Assembly: GCA_964016885.1 (NCBI GenBank)
Contig: OZ024742.1
Location: 149,544,001 to 149,608,000 of the forward strand
DNA: 64,000 nt
Source: Eledone cirrhosa
Lineage: Eukaryota
Direction: 5' to 3'
Each line of letters opens with the position of its first letter. The stretch's first letter is position 1. Under the pieces are notes generated by a model. It ran no database searches. It saw only the letters and a program-made list of their open reading frames with translations, and had not been told where the DNA came from. Below, piece by piece: positions 25,920 through 39,959 of the stretch. The translations under genes were made by a program, and so were the position numbers.

Positions 25920-26187
25920 CTAGAGTATCAATAGGTATGAAACTGAACGTGTATTTTAGGTACTGGGTCTGCAAACTCCTCATCATTGGTCAGTAGATAT
26001 CTTCCTTCTCTTGTAGCTTTCATACTATAGATGACATCGACTTGGTGTATGTATATATATATATAGATAGGAAGATAGATGGACGTGCGTATATTGATTG
26101 AGTATAGATTTTGCAAGTAAGAATCGGAGAATTCACTGCATCCCAATTCTTGTTTCAGTGGAGCTAATAAAGAAATGTATATATAAT

Positions 26188-26790
26188 GTGAAGGCGTGTG
26201 GCTGAATGGTTAGAGAATTGAATTCGCAATCGTGAGGTTGTGAGTTCGATTCCCAAACCGGGCGATGCGTTATGTTCTTGAGCAAGACACTTTATTTCAC
26301 GTTGCTCCTTCTACCTGGAGTTGCGACCGATAGATAGTATTAGCAGTTGGAAACACCAATGGAAACATTGTTTCCTCGGTCCGATTTGACGAAAGTCGAT
26401 CGTTCCTTAAAAAAAAAAAAAAAAAAAATATATATATAATGTGAAGACGCATGGCTTACTGGTTAGAGCATTAGGCTTGCAGTCAAGAAGTTGTGAGTTC
26501 GATTCTTGGACCGGGTGATACGTTGTATCCTTGAGCAAGACACTTTATTTCACGATGCTCCAGTTTACTCAGCTGTAGAAATGAGTTGCGACGTCACTGG
26601 TGCCAAGCTGTATCGGCCATTGCCTTTCCCTTGGACATCATCGGTGGCATAGAGAGGAGAGGCTGGTATGCATGGGCGACTACTGGTCTTCCACAAACAA
26701 CCTTGCCTAGACTTGTGTCTCGAATGGGAACTTTCTAGGTGCAAATCCCATGGTCATTCGTTACCGAAGGGGGTCTTTACCTTTTATGTA
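26188..26790 (+). mobile_element. Two CORE-type SINEs (partial 26188-26310; near full-length 26441-26790)
   Basis: tRNA A/B boxes (TGGCTTACTGGTTAGAGC, GAGTTCGATTC) followed by TCCTTGAGCAAGACACTTTATTTCAC. Confidence 0.85.
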
Positions 26791-26792
26791 TA

Positions 26793-27345
26793 TAATTGTT
26801 TCTACTTTTGGCACAAGGCCAGCAATAACCCAGTGCATTACTGGTACTTTATTTTATCTACCCCGTAAGGATGAAAGGCAAAGTTAACCTTGGCGGGATT
26901 TGAACTCAGACCGTAAAGGGACGTAACTATGCTGCAAAGCATGGTGTCCGACCTTCTACTGATACTGCCAATCCCCCATTATGTTGGTGAATTGGCAGTA
27001 TCGGTAGAGGGTCAGACGCCATGCTTTCTAGCATAGTTATGTCCCTTTATGATCTGAGTTCAAATCCCGCCGAGGTTAACTTTGCCTTTCATCCTTACGG
27101 GGTCGATAAAATAAAGTACCAGTAATGTACTGGGTAATTGCTGGCCTTGTGCCAAAAAGTAGAAACAATTATATATATAATTGTTTCTACCTCGGCGGGA
27201 TTTGAACTCAGTCCGTAAAGGGACGTAACTGTGCTGAAAAATATGGCGTCCGACCCTCTACCGATACTGCCAATCCACCATAATACATGTATAATTTATG
27301 TATATAATTGTTTCTACTTTAGGCACAAGGCCAGCAATTACCCAG
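26793..27345. mobile_element. Cluster of Meta-type SINEs: (-)26793-26978, (+)26985-27172, (-)27180-27280 and a tail fragment
   Basis: Head-to-head full copies a few bp apart, and the tail-to-tail palindrome gtagaaacaattatatatataattgtttctac. Confidence 0.9.
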
Positions 27346-29777
27346 AGTGCATTATGCTTCTACGTTGTTGCTCGACCTGGTAGAAACAGCAATAGGCACA
27401 GCAAACATACAATTGTACAAATTCGAGTTCAACTTCTGAGTTTACAACTAGAAAACAAAGTGGACCTAGGGCATACATTTGGTTGTAAAATTTAAGGGGT
27501 AGTATACCCTAAACATTCTTAATTGAACTTTTTATTTTAGTTTGAGAAAGAAAACAAACACTTAGCGACTATTGATTGTGATTCTCAAAGAAAAGAGGAG
27601 ATAGTTTCAAGAAATTAAGAATGAATCTCTCGAGGTTTATTTAAAAGCAAGGGACAACTGGATTTGTTTGTCTATGAGACCTAATATAATTAGTTTAACC
27701 AAACCTGCTTGGTCAGTTATGAATAATTTTTTTACCAGAGTAATTTTCATTATAAAAATAAAAAATAGCTAAGGGAAATAACTCAAATGGACCAATAGCA
27801 TGGGAAAATAAAATAATGTGATGATGTACTGAATGCCGTACGGACAAACATCATAGTAATCCTGATTAAATGGATTATTTGAAATACAATGATAATATTC
27901 TTTGTAAAAGTGCAACACTGCTTAAAAGTATCTGATCTTCGGGAATTCAAATCGAAGGGCTCCATGATAAACAACTTTCTAAGGATTTTTACCTTAAACA
28001 TTGGTATAAAGATTATTCTTGCATCCGATACTTGATCAATCAAGCATATAGCTAAGTTACACACTCGCACATACACACACACAGAAGTGGCTTAGCTAGA
28101 GTGTGTGTCATCCGGGGAAGCACATGTGCTTACCGTCCCCCCACCAAAATAAAATACCAGATAACAATTGCTTAAATATATATGTCATAGTTAGTTACTC
28201 GATATCGTAAAGGTCTATTAACTGTGAGTTGTATCCCGACATCAAAAATATTTTTATTTCAATACAGTCTGTACATGCTTATATAACAGATCTAAAAGTA
28301 CTGTGCTCGTGAAGGTGTCATCTTGGGCGGACAGTACCTCTCACCACCCCCTCCCCACACACATATGTATGGTGAAAAAGAATTATTCTTGGTCTGTAAT
28401 AGTAATCTGTAGAAATCAAAGTATATGCAATATGCTAAAAATCACATGCTTTATGGCATAGGGTTACGCCCCTTTACGATCTGAATTCAAATCATGCCTT
28501 TCATCCTTACAGGATCGATAAAATAAAGTACCAGTAATGCACTTGAGTCGATTTAATTGACTTTCTCCTCCCCCAAAATTGTTGGCCTTGTGCCTAAATC
28601 AGAAACCAATATACTAAAAATCATATTGTTGAGTGATTGGACAATTAATTAACGCAATCAGTGAGAGCCATAATTAATATTGATGATGATAATGATGATT
28701 GAGCAAAGGAAATTTACAAACTAAACATCTTTAAAATATAAACAATGCTGGTTGACTTACGAAACATTGGAAAATTTGAAATTATAGTCGCTATAATACA
28801 GATAGCTAAATAAATAGTTAAATAAATCGTGTAAAATACACCTGAAGACTGTAAAATGGTGGACAGGGATAGCTGCGGTGCTGGTTCAATTTCCTGATGG
28901 TGTCTGTCCACCTTTTTTCCGTCACCAATTATCAGATTTATTCGACTATTATTATAGTCACCTGCATTGTGGCGGCTATATTTTCATCTTTAAAGTATAT
29001 ATCAGTGATGGATGAGAATGTGGATGGATTAACACGATTAGAGGTCTGACTAAATGGATGGGTCATGGTGGTGTCAGTGGTGTGATGATGGTAAACCTCA
29101 CAGTAGGAAGATTTTGTTAGATTTCACATTTGTCTGTGTGGGGGTGTAAGTGTAAAACAAAGGTGTGTTGCATGGGAGCAATTTGCATGCTTGAAACAAT
29201 TCGTATATGTGAGGACACGTGCATGAGAGATAAAGCAACTGCGTGTGTGTGTGAGAGAGAGATAGATAGATAGATAGATAGAGAGAGAGTGGTGTGTGTG
29301 TGTGTTATATTACAATGGAAGAAGACTAGGGCCCATGACCCATTTCAGGTCTCCGAAACTGGTTGGAGGGTGAAAATTAGTTGTCCCCAAAACAAAGACC
29401 TATAACGAATGCTTGCAACAAAGTGGACAACGGAAAAGGTAACTAAGATACTAAACAAGTCGACAGATTAAGGCAACCTAGGTTTGTTCTGCGAGAGAAC
29501 GTATGTGCAAAAGATTTAGAGATAGTACGTTCAAGTAAGTATATATGTGATAGAGAAAGAAGTGTCGTAGAAGAGGGTATGTGTGAGAGAGAAACAGAGA
29601 TGGAGTGTGTGTGTGTATGCTAGTCAGCTGTTTCTCTGCATAGCTGTGCATATGCATGTAGATACATCTGAGTTTTGTGTCCCAGGATATATGTGCACAG
29701 CTAGCATATAAATTGAGCAACTGTCAAAACACATACGGGATAAGTTGATGTAAGGCCTTCTAAAAAACATATATACA

Positions 29778-29830
<53 letters not shown>

Positions 29831-30025
29831 TGCATGGTCCCGTAACTCTCGAGTCTGAATACAGCGGGTTTCTTCTGGAAAAAGATAGAGATTGAGAGAG
29901 TGGGAGTGAGAAAGAACTTTTTTTGTCGACCTCGAATGGATGACGGGGTAAAGTTGACCTTGGAGGGATTTGAATTCAGAACCTAAACTAATACCGCAAA
30001 GCATTAGTATTCGAGTAGTACTTTG

Positions 30026-30064
<39 letters not shown>

Positions 30065-30499
30065 CGTATGTATGTGTGTCCGTGCATATATGTGCGTGTG
30101 TGTGCGTATATATGCGTTTGTGTGTATGTGTGTACATAGAGGTTGGGGAGAATTGTACAGGAGTAGATAACTGTAATGTGGGAATAGCTGTATTTTAGCA
30201 TATATATATTTGATAAGTGTGTATATAATCTTCCATAAAATATATCTATTAATTATAAATCTTTATACACGCACTAAAAATACCTACCTATTACCAACAC
30301 ATCTTTATAGATGTGTGCACCACGCATGCGCACGCACACATACAATTGCCCATGCTGGTGAAGTGGTCATAAACCTCAACAGCTATTTGTTAATAATTCT
30401 CAATCTCTCATGACTATACGAGAATATATTGTCCATCTTATTTATTGCGGCTTCCTTGTTTCTTGTATGTGTCTTGGTGGGTGCATAAACATACAATTT

Positions 30500-31260
30500 A
30501 CATCTGTTCATCCTTCGATTCAAGTTGGTTAACATCGAGCAACTTAAAACAAACCTTGAGGCCATTGAGCCTCACCAAGGTTTTTTTATACTTAGGAATT
30601 ACTTGTCGATTCCAAAAGTTGTATTTTCGTCATCTCTCCAACGCTTTGACGACTTAATCATCAGTGAACTTGAATGCTTGGTCAGACTCTCTCCAGAGTC
30701 CCTCAGCTAGGCTGCCTTGCCTAAACGGTTTGGAGGTCACCGTCCGTGTAAGTTCTCGTTTCTGTCTTTATCTTGCTTTCTTTCCTCCATCCACGCTTCT
30801 CCCCTTTAGTAGGTGACATATTCTCCTTTCCAACATACATTAGTGCCAACAGGGAGATGGATGAAGCTGGGTTTGTCAGTTCCTGATACTAACGAGGACA
30901 GACGGAAGCAGAGAGTATGGGACAATCTGCGTTCGAGTGACTTTCACCTCTCACTTTGATCAATCTGATCAATTTTCTAAGTGTCACCTACTTTCTGAAA
31001 GCGCAAAATGTTAGGGAGACTGGGTTGATGCCCTGCCTGTGGTCAACATTGGTGGGTTTCTCGGTCTGGTCGAACTCCGCATCCCATAGCACACAGAGGA
31101 GGGGGGGGGGGCGATGTCTGTGGGTGTCTTTGATGTCGCTCTGGTGACTCCACAGGCCTCCATGATTTGTATTGCCGCCTGAATACACCATTTCGTACAC
31201 CACACCGAGCTAAACCTGATCATTAAGCAGGCCCTAGCTCGGGTAAATTATCAGCAGGCT
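30500..31260 (+). mobile_element. CRE-clade (RLE-type) LINE remnant
   Basis: IEPHQGFFILRNYLSIPKV..FDDLIISELE..AALPKRFGG; QRVWD; GLHDLYCR..HTELNLIIKQAL. Confidence 0.75.
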
Positions 31261-32108
31261 GAATTGATGGGAAGACGCAGGTGTCTCATTTGAGACGAAA
31301 CAGTCAGTGACTCTTTTTCTCCCTCCCACATCTTGGATGTCACAGAAAATGTGAAGGTTACTGTTTCCGTAGCCGCACGGAATAAAATAGGTTTATTCTG
31401 TTAACAGCTGAGTAGAATGTGAATATATATGTGTATGTTTGTGTGCAGGATACCTGTAGATAAAAATCCAAGGAAAACAATGCTCAAGAGAGCTTATTTA
31501 GTATAATTAAAATTTCATACACTTAACATGTTTGTGCGACCTTAAGTTTCGTGATCAAGTTATGGCCATCACTGTATATTGGAGGTGCCGTTCTAATACA
31601 CCCGTAACGTGGAGAAGACAGACATGCATTCATCAATGACTGCTGGTCTTTCACAAAATAACAAAATCTTGATCAAACTTGAGCCTCGGAGAAGAACTTT
31701 CTAGATGCGGGTCTATAGTTTGGCGAGGCTTCTGGAAACCTCCGTACCATACCAGTTGGCCTAAATGATGTATGAATACAACTTATATATGTTGTTGTTG
31801 GACCTACGCCGTTTCCGATTCAGTCAACGGAAATGCTTGCTCGAGAAATTAACGTGTAAGTAGTTAAGCATCTCACAGGCATGAACAACCATAGTTCTGA
31901 GGGAGATTCAGCTAGACACAATGTGGGGTAAAACTGGCTTCTTGAATTACAGGTAGATCTCATTTTTACGGACTTGACTGGATGGAACCAAGTGAAATAA
32001 AGTGTCTGAAAGAAACAACTGGCCACCCAGGAATTGAACTTCTGTGCTGAACACCCTAACTGTATGTGTATATATAAATATGTGTGTATATATATATATG
32101 TGTATATA

Positions 32109-32215
<107 letters not shown>

Positions 32216-32317
32216 GCGTGTATACTCTGGGAATGTATTCTACATATTATCTATTGAGTACGCTGAAATACAACCGGTCCTGGCATTGTTAAATATGGTG
32301 GGTCCGTTAACTCCTTA

Positions 32318-33240
32318 TTGGCAGTATCGGTAGAGGGTCGGACGCCATGCTTTGACGTATAGAGTTACGGCCCTTGCCATTCTGAGTTCAAATCCTGCCG
32401 AGGTTAACTTTGCCTTTCATCCTTACGGGGTCGATAAAATAAAGTACCAGTAATGTACTGGATATTTGCTGGCCTTGTGCCAAAAATAGAAACAATTATA
32501 TATATATATATACATATATATATATGTATGTTTTTGTGTGTAGGCAATAGTAATATATATTTATATATATATGTATCTTCGATAAATTGCACATGCACAC
32601 ATATACATGTGTGTTTGTGTGCGCGCTGTTGTATTAATGAACATGCAATGTGTGTATATATGATACTAATATAGGTCTCTATCTGATATGAGAGTTGTTT
32701 ATATGACTTCAGTGTGTGTGTGTTTGAAGTCGTTTATTGCTAATTTTCTTCCTATCTAGTATAGCACCATATCTACCTTCCAATCTCCACTATATCATGT
32801 CCTAATAAGGTATCAAGCTATCCAGCTTTCTTGCTTCCCCTGCCTTCTTTTTCTTTTTCATCATCATCTTCTTTCTCATCCTCCTTCTCCTCCACCTCTT
32901 ACTACCAACACTACTACTACAACACAGGAATTTCTTTTACTGTGTGTGTGTGTATGTGATTATATGCCACTTCAAAAGCCTTGTAAGCTTTTATAACTAC
33001 GTGCCTCTGTATGTGTGTATGTGTGCACGTCTAATATATATATATATATATATATATAATTGTTTCTATTTTTGGCACAAGGCCAGCAAATATTCAGTAC
33101 ATTACTGGTACTTTATTTTATCGACCCCGAAAGGATGAAAGGCAAAGTTAATCTCGGCGGGATTTGAACTCAGAATGGCAAGGACCGTAACTCTATGCGT
33201 CAAAGCATAGCGTCCGACCCTCTACCGATACTGCCAATCC
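32318..33240. mobile_element. Tail-to-tail inverted Meta-type SINE pair (32318-32497 +, 33058-33240 -)
   Basis: Near-identical subfamily copies that share the diagnostic ccttgccattctgag. Confidence 0.88.
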
Positions 33241-34037
33241 TCATATATATAATGGATGTATAAAGCAAAGCTTTCGTCCTTCCCATCTCTCCTTTTCACA
33301 CCCAACACTGTTGAATAGGTGTATGACAAATCCGTGTTTTTGTTTTTTCTTCTCAAGTTTGACTTGGGATTTATTTTTAAAGAGCTTATAAATGATTGCT
33401 GGACCTGCTATACATAGCAGCCAAATCTCCCTCGAATTTCGCCCATCGTAAGACATGTGGGGCCCCAGTGTCTATATGTGCATATGTCTGTATGCGTGTA
33501 TATCTGTGTCTATGTATATGTAAGTGCTTGTATGCACGTATATAGTGGGATATATATATATATATATATATGAGAAAGAGAGAGTAATTTGATAACGTAG
33601 GTCTTATATACAATGAAACATCGGGTGGTCACAGGTGGAATATTTACTGGGTCATATCTTACCTTGGGTTAAAAAAAAATTCTGTTAGTCGTTTTACTTG
33701 GCGTTCTTTCATATTTTATAATGACAATTATAGTAAGTTAGATGGGAAGCTAAGGCAGTTCTTAACTCCACCTGGAATTTAATTCACCTCAGTAAGACCC
33801 CGTACAAAGTATACGCTAAATAACTACTTCTTTTGATCTCTTATTCATAATGATTATTTAGTCTAAGCAATACGCGTCAGATTTATAAAGGGTTGTGAAA
33901 TAGAATAAATAATGCTAATGCGTTTTCCCAGGGGCTTTCAAGAACTTCCTTTCGTAAACTTCAGATTTCTTAGGGAGTAGCTGAATATGAGAAGTGAGAG
34001 TAGTAGGTGTGGAAGTAAAAGTATGTGTGTATTTGTG

Positions 34038-34204
34038 CAGACCTGCCAACCTCTAAAAGCCCAAACGGGGAGTGCCATGAAAAAAGTGCCCTACATATTT
34101 TACATAATGAAAGCTATACCCATTTTCTCAAGAGAAGACATCTTTCACCCACCCTAAAATGGGTGGGCGATCACCCCGTCCGACGGGAAGAGTTCACAGG
34201 CCTG
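34038..34204. mobile_element. Small MITE
   Basis: Imperfect TIRs CAGACCTGCCAACCTCT ... AGAGTTCACAGGCCTG. Confidence 0.5.
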
Positions 34205-34600
34205 ATTTGTGTGTATATATGCGTGTTTTATTAGTTGACTATCGAAATCGAAACTGGGATGCAGGCTCAGTAACGTAGCTGGGGGTGGGGGCTTTAGAGG
34301 TCCTCCTCGGGTGACACCTTTATGTGGGCAGCACTTTAGGGTTTGTTGTATAAGTGTGTATAGGCTTATACACTAGAAAGTGGGGTGCGACAAACTCAAG
34401 TGCTCTCCGAGTGGCACACGCGCAATTCACACACATACATACATACATACATACATACATACATACATACATACACACATACATACACACATACACACAC
34501 ACACATACACACACACATACAACTATTTATTGTGGCTACGTAACCATAATAAATGAATATTTAAAATCTACTTCGGCAGTGAAAACTCTCTCACATCCAT

Positions 34601-34695
<95 letters not shown>

Positions 34696-35862
34696 ATGTG
34701 TGTGCATGTCTGTGGTCACGTTCTTTTAGATGTATCTGGGCGCTCTTTGTTGGCGATTTATGGGCAAAAGTGAAGTAGTGTGTTTCTATATATGAAGCCA
34801 GCTGTTTCTACGAATACATCTCATCGTAGTAGTTACGCTAAAACGCCCCCAACAGCTACTATCACCACCACCACCTACCTCCTAATCTCTGACTAGGCCT
34901 CATTTCTTCAATGGATTTCACTAAAAAGAAAAAAAGAAACCAAACTATTTTCATCATTACTTGCCTTGCCTGCCAGCTTGTCTGCTGCCTTCTTTGAAAC
35001 ATCTCACATTTTATTCTTAACCTTTTCTTTTCTTCTCCACTCTGTTTGTCGCCTCTTGTTCATCTTTTCGTTTCAACTCATGTTTTAGTATATTTAAAAA
35101 TGTTTTTATCCAACATGTACACCTCTCTTGTGTGTGTATGTACCTGTAACTCTTGGTGGAGTAACATACGGCATTTCTAGGGCATTTCCTTCTTTTAAAC
35201 TGGCAGAGCCCATCCTCTCTACAGGTCGAAAAACCAATTTTTTCCAGAGGGTGGGAGGGAGTGATAGAGGGGAAGCGAGAAAGATATATAGAGGAAGAAT
35301 CGACACCAGTACTGAACTAGTATTTTTATCGACCTCAAAAGGATGAAAGGTAAAGTTAACCTCGGTGGGATTTGAACTCAGAGCTCAGAATCGGAACAAA
35401 TAGGAGCAAAGTATTTTATCGACATTTTAACGACTCTGCCAATTCACCGCCTATACATCTCACTTGAATTTTCTTCAATTTGTGAAGATTCTCCATTTTT
35501 TTTTCTTTTTTCACTAATTTATCCAACAAACACAAACCCCGGAATGCTTCAGAACATTCTGGTGGGCAATTTAATTCGCTATAATTTTAAGGCAGTATTT
35601 CAGAATAAGCATATTACCATCTATCTTTAATCTCTATAACCAATAATCTATCTTTATCATATCTCTCTCTATTTTTCTTCTTTCCTTTTATTGCTTTTCA
35701 AACCTTTTTTGTTTCTTTTCAACTTACATCGTTTCTTCTCCCCCCTCCCAATCCTCTCTCCTACCACTAATATCCCATCTTTAACCCACTTAAATTTGTC
35801 AAAGCAGTGTCCAGCTTTTTCGTCTTTTCTTATTCTCCTATTCTGCCATCCTCAAATTCCAG

Positions 35863-35944
35863 GTATTCTTATCAAACTTAGTCCACTGTTGATTTATATA
35901 AAGTGTAATACTGTCTGGTTACAGTGAAAAGAATTTGATAAAAG
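35863..35944 (+). other. Candidate non-coding (5'UTR) exon of a plus-strand gene
   Basis: Long pyrimidine tract ...caaattccag|GTATTC...GATAAAAG|gttagc. It coincides with the onset of CpG depletion. Confidence 0.4.
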
Positions 35945-36474
35945 GTTAGCTTGTTTTCAGTTATGACTGCAATTACATATGATTCTACATGCATTCTATG
36001 CAATATTTTACATTTGGAAACAGTTATACCGTTATTGGAAACATTAATTTTGTCCTCTCCTGTTGTAAGTATATCTTAGGATGTCACTTCAACACTGGAC
36101 TAAGCAGCCAGTGGAAGAAAAATGCCAGTAAATAACAGTGAGTCTAGATACAACAAAAATATGAGAAAGAATACTCAATCATTACTACCCCAATGATATG
36201 AGTGTGGGTGGTGTGCAGAACTCCAGGCACTAGCTGCCTCCTGATCTCAGTGGACAGAATGGAGAAAGCATTGCTATGGAGGATAGTGAGGGAGACAAAT
36301 TGAAATAGCTAACTTGTGTGACTTAATCCTGCAGATGGCCACTACATCCTGATAGCAGTGAATAAGGAAGTGGTACAGGGACCAAGAATGTCAGAAGTCT
36401 CCACTGCTACATGTTCAACAACAAACCTACCTGAGAGTGGCTGATACTTCAACAAAAACACTTATGAATTAGAT

Positions 36475-36662
36475 AATTGTTTCTACTTTTGGCACAAGGC
36501 CAGCAATTACCCAGTGCATTACTGGTACTTTATTTTATCGACCCCGTAAGGATGAAAGGCAAAGTCAACCTCGGCGGGATTTGAACTCAGATCGTTAAGG
36601 GACGTAACTATGCTGGAAAGCATGGCGTCCGACCCCCCACCGATACTGCCAATCCACCGCCA
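36475..36662 (-). mobile_element. Young full-length Meta-type SINE with 19-bp TSD
   Basis: TSD CACTTATGAATTAGATAAT on both sides. CpGs are intact. Confidence 0.93.
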
Positions 36663-36840
36663 CTTATGAATTAGATAATGTGGCATTCACTAGCTGTTAC
36701 AGTGGTTGGTGTTAAGATAGAATTGAACCATAGCATGTAGGGAAAATTCCTTGCCAAAGAAAATATTTATTCAATCCCTTTCAGCATTTAATATTAAACT
36801 CACAATAATACAGATGAATGACAAAGATGGTAGTTGAGTT

Positions 36841-37801
36841 TTAACCCTTTAGCATTTAAACTGGCCGTATCCAGTCAGTTCTCTCATCTCTTTCTGTTCA
36901 AATTGGCTGTAATTTGCTACTCATACTTATGTTAACCCTTAAGCATTTACATTACTCTATATTTAGAGGGCGGTGGATTGGCAGTATCAGTAGAGAGTCG
37001 GACGCCATGCTTTCCAGCATAGTTACGTCCCTTTACGGTCTGTGTTCAAATCCCACCGAGGTTAACTTTGCCTTTCATCCTTACGGGATAAAATAAAGTA
37101 CCAGTAATGTACTGGGTAATTGCTGGCCTTGTGCCAAAAGTAGAAACAATTACTCTATATTTACAATTGTATTTTTGTGGTAAATGCTTCATCTCACATT
37201 ATTATCTCACGTAATATCGAATCTATGAGATTTTGATGTTATTTATTTTGATAACAATACCTTAACATTAGTATGAGGGGTTAGTTTGAACAGAAAGAGG
37301 TGGGAGAATTCTAGCCGGTTATGGCTGATTTAAATGCTAAAAGGTTAAGGTATTGTTCTCAAAATAAATAATATAAAAATCTCATAGATTCGATATTATG
37401 TGAGATAATTATGTGAGGTAAAGCCTTTAACAGGAAAATCATCATCATCATCATCATCATCATTTTACGTCTGCTTTTCCCTACTTGCAAGGGTGGGACG
37501 GGAATTGATTCTGGCTTGATTTCTACAGTTGGATGCCCTTCCTAACACCAACCTCATTTTCAGTGAGTGCTGGGTGCTTTTTTGCCGTGGCACCTCCACG
37601 ACCACTTTGCAGTGGAATGATATGGACCCCAGTCCCTATCATCTCATTTCTACAGCTGAGTAAACTGGAGCAATGTGAAATAAAGTGTCTTGCTCAAGGA
37701 AACAACACATCACCCGGTCTGAGAATTGAACTCACAACCTTTCGATTGCAAGGACAATGCTCTAACCACTAAGCCATGTGGTGTAAATGCTAAAGGGTTA
37801 A
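36841..37801. mobile_element. Nested piggyBac-type MITEs with two SINE insertions
   Basis: Outer TTAA-CCCTTTAGCATTTA...TAAATGCTAAAGGG-TTAA. Inner inverted copy at 36932-37348 in an internal TTAA. SINE at 36966-37150 (TSD ATTACTCTATATTTA). SINE at 37440-37781. Confidence 0.88.
37440..37781 (-). mobile_element. tRNA-CORE SINE with bipartite RTE-derived tail
   Basis: tRNA head, CORE, GGTTGGTGTTAGGAAGGGCATCC, then CCCACCCTTGCAAG..GGAAAAGCAGACGTAAA(ATG)n. Second copy at 63450-63832. Confidence 0.85.
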
Positions 37802-39119
37802 TTAGCCAATGATGTTTCACAACTTTATCTGACAGGATTCAGAGAGAATAAAGAATGTAACTGGTACTATTGAATGGATTTGAAATGTGGTTTCTGTGTT
37901 TTGAGGACACCAAAAGACTTTCTGTAGAACTTTTACTTCTTGAATATCATCATCATTATTGTTTATATATGAACTGGCATAGGTTGGATGGAACTTTCTA
38001 AGGTAACGTTTTACAGCCAGATGGCTTCTTAACACCAGCCTTTTTAGTTGCTTCTTATGATACGAACGGATACAGGGTAATCATTCAAATATGGTAGCAA
38101 CATTGAAGGAACATTTTATTGAAATGTGATACATTGTTTTCAGGAAAATGTCATCAGAATTCTCAGCATTGCAGTTTATTGCTATTTGTATTTGCAACAG
38201 CTACATGGTTTGAACTGTTTCCTTACATAACTTCTCTGACTGATCAAAGCCTTGTGAATGAAATTTGGTAGACTGGCAGAGGGACCATTTCTCTTTCTGG
38301 ATAGAGATGTCTGATCACGTTTGAAGAAATAAGGTTGTGAATTAAGTCTTTAGAACATCAGATAGAACGAGTGTATTCATTATGGTTCTCTGTGCACTGA
38401 ATTCAAATCTCATTGAGGTCATCTTTGCTTTTAATACTTTTGACGTCAATCAAAGAGTACCAGCCTGACACTGGGGTTCGATTCTTCCTCTATATCTCTT
38501 TCATTTCCTCTTTCTCTCACCCTCTCTCTCTCCCCTTCTCTGGAAGAAATTGGTTTTGTTCAGACCTGAAGAAGGATGGGCTTCACCAGGTTTTAAATGC
38601 TCAGAAACACTGTTTGTTATGATGGTAGCCTACAACTCCACTAGGAGTTACATACCAATATTGAAAGAAATAAGCATTAACCTAATAACAGGATACATTA
38701 ATGTTGGCTCTTATTTAAAGCTTATGACTGGAACCTTGTAAATAACTTAATAGCTGTTTGTAAACACTCAACATGGAATAATTATTTTGCTTGTATCATT
38801 TTTAGTCTTCCCATTTCTCTCTTATCCACACCATTACCCTCTCTTGTACATAGTTTATAGTTGATCTTGCTGATAAAAAATAACTATTTATGACTTAATT
38901 GATATACTTAATTTTCTATTTTTAATTCAATCTACTTTTCCTCTGTATGTGACTGAGGTCAACATTACAGATCCAGCTGGTCATACTCAAGCCATTGCTC
39001 TCTATTACCAGTTGTTCTCTATTACCAGTCTATCTAACAGTTATCTCTGCTGAAATATCATGTTTAAAGACTTTATTTTTTCATCTTTATCTGAGAATAA
39101 CATATTTATCTGAAAATAT

Positions 39120-39341
<222 letters not shown>

Positions 39342-39959
39342 GTCAAACCAGTGACCTGCTACTGGTAACCAGAAATCCTTCCAAGCTTGCTTGATGAGTA
39401 GAGTGATTATTGGACACTCTGAGGAATAAAAAGCAAAACCTGTTAAAAAGAGTGGAGTAAACTCAATTGACATTGGCTACCCAATTGTGTGTTTACATGC
39501 ATGAGCCTACACATGTGTAATTGCATGTATATGCAGAGGCACATAGGAAGATAATCCTCATATTGATGCGGTGGAGTAGTTTTGCCTATCACTGTGATCT
39601 AAGGTATGACACTGGTGTGAGTTTACACCTAATAATTTCCTTTGGAAATATTCACAGATTTGATTATATCCCATCCTATATATATATTTTGTATGTTATT
39701 GTTATTTAGCCCCTGGTCATCATATCTTTTTCCTATGTCCCAGGAACCCAGAACCACATTACTTAACATATCCTTTATTAAGAGACTAGGGTTTGATTTG
39801 AGAGATATTTGGCTGCTATTTCTAGCAGGTTGATCGATCATATAAAGGCTCTTGTTGGTTTGTCAGTGTGTATGTTTGGATAAAGTGAGTTGCTTGAGGC
39901 TTCACCTGCTAAAAGATGTCTGTTCTGAGAGGTGGGAAAGAAATGTATCTAGGTGATAT

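Noticed and set aside
25928-25930. In-frame TGA as selenocysteine
   Set aside because: No SECIS or redox motif is identifiable; an acceptor just downstream or a nonsense mutation explains it more simply.
38144-38215. Exon after ttttcag|GAAAATG
   Set aside because: Early stop, no good donor, and it follows a TACAGGGT transposon-end-like sequence.
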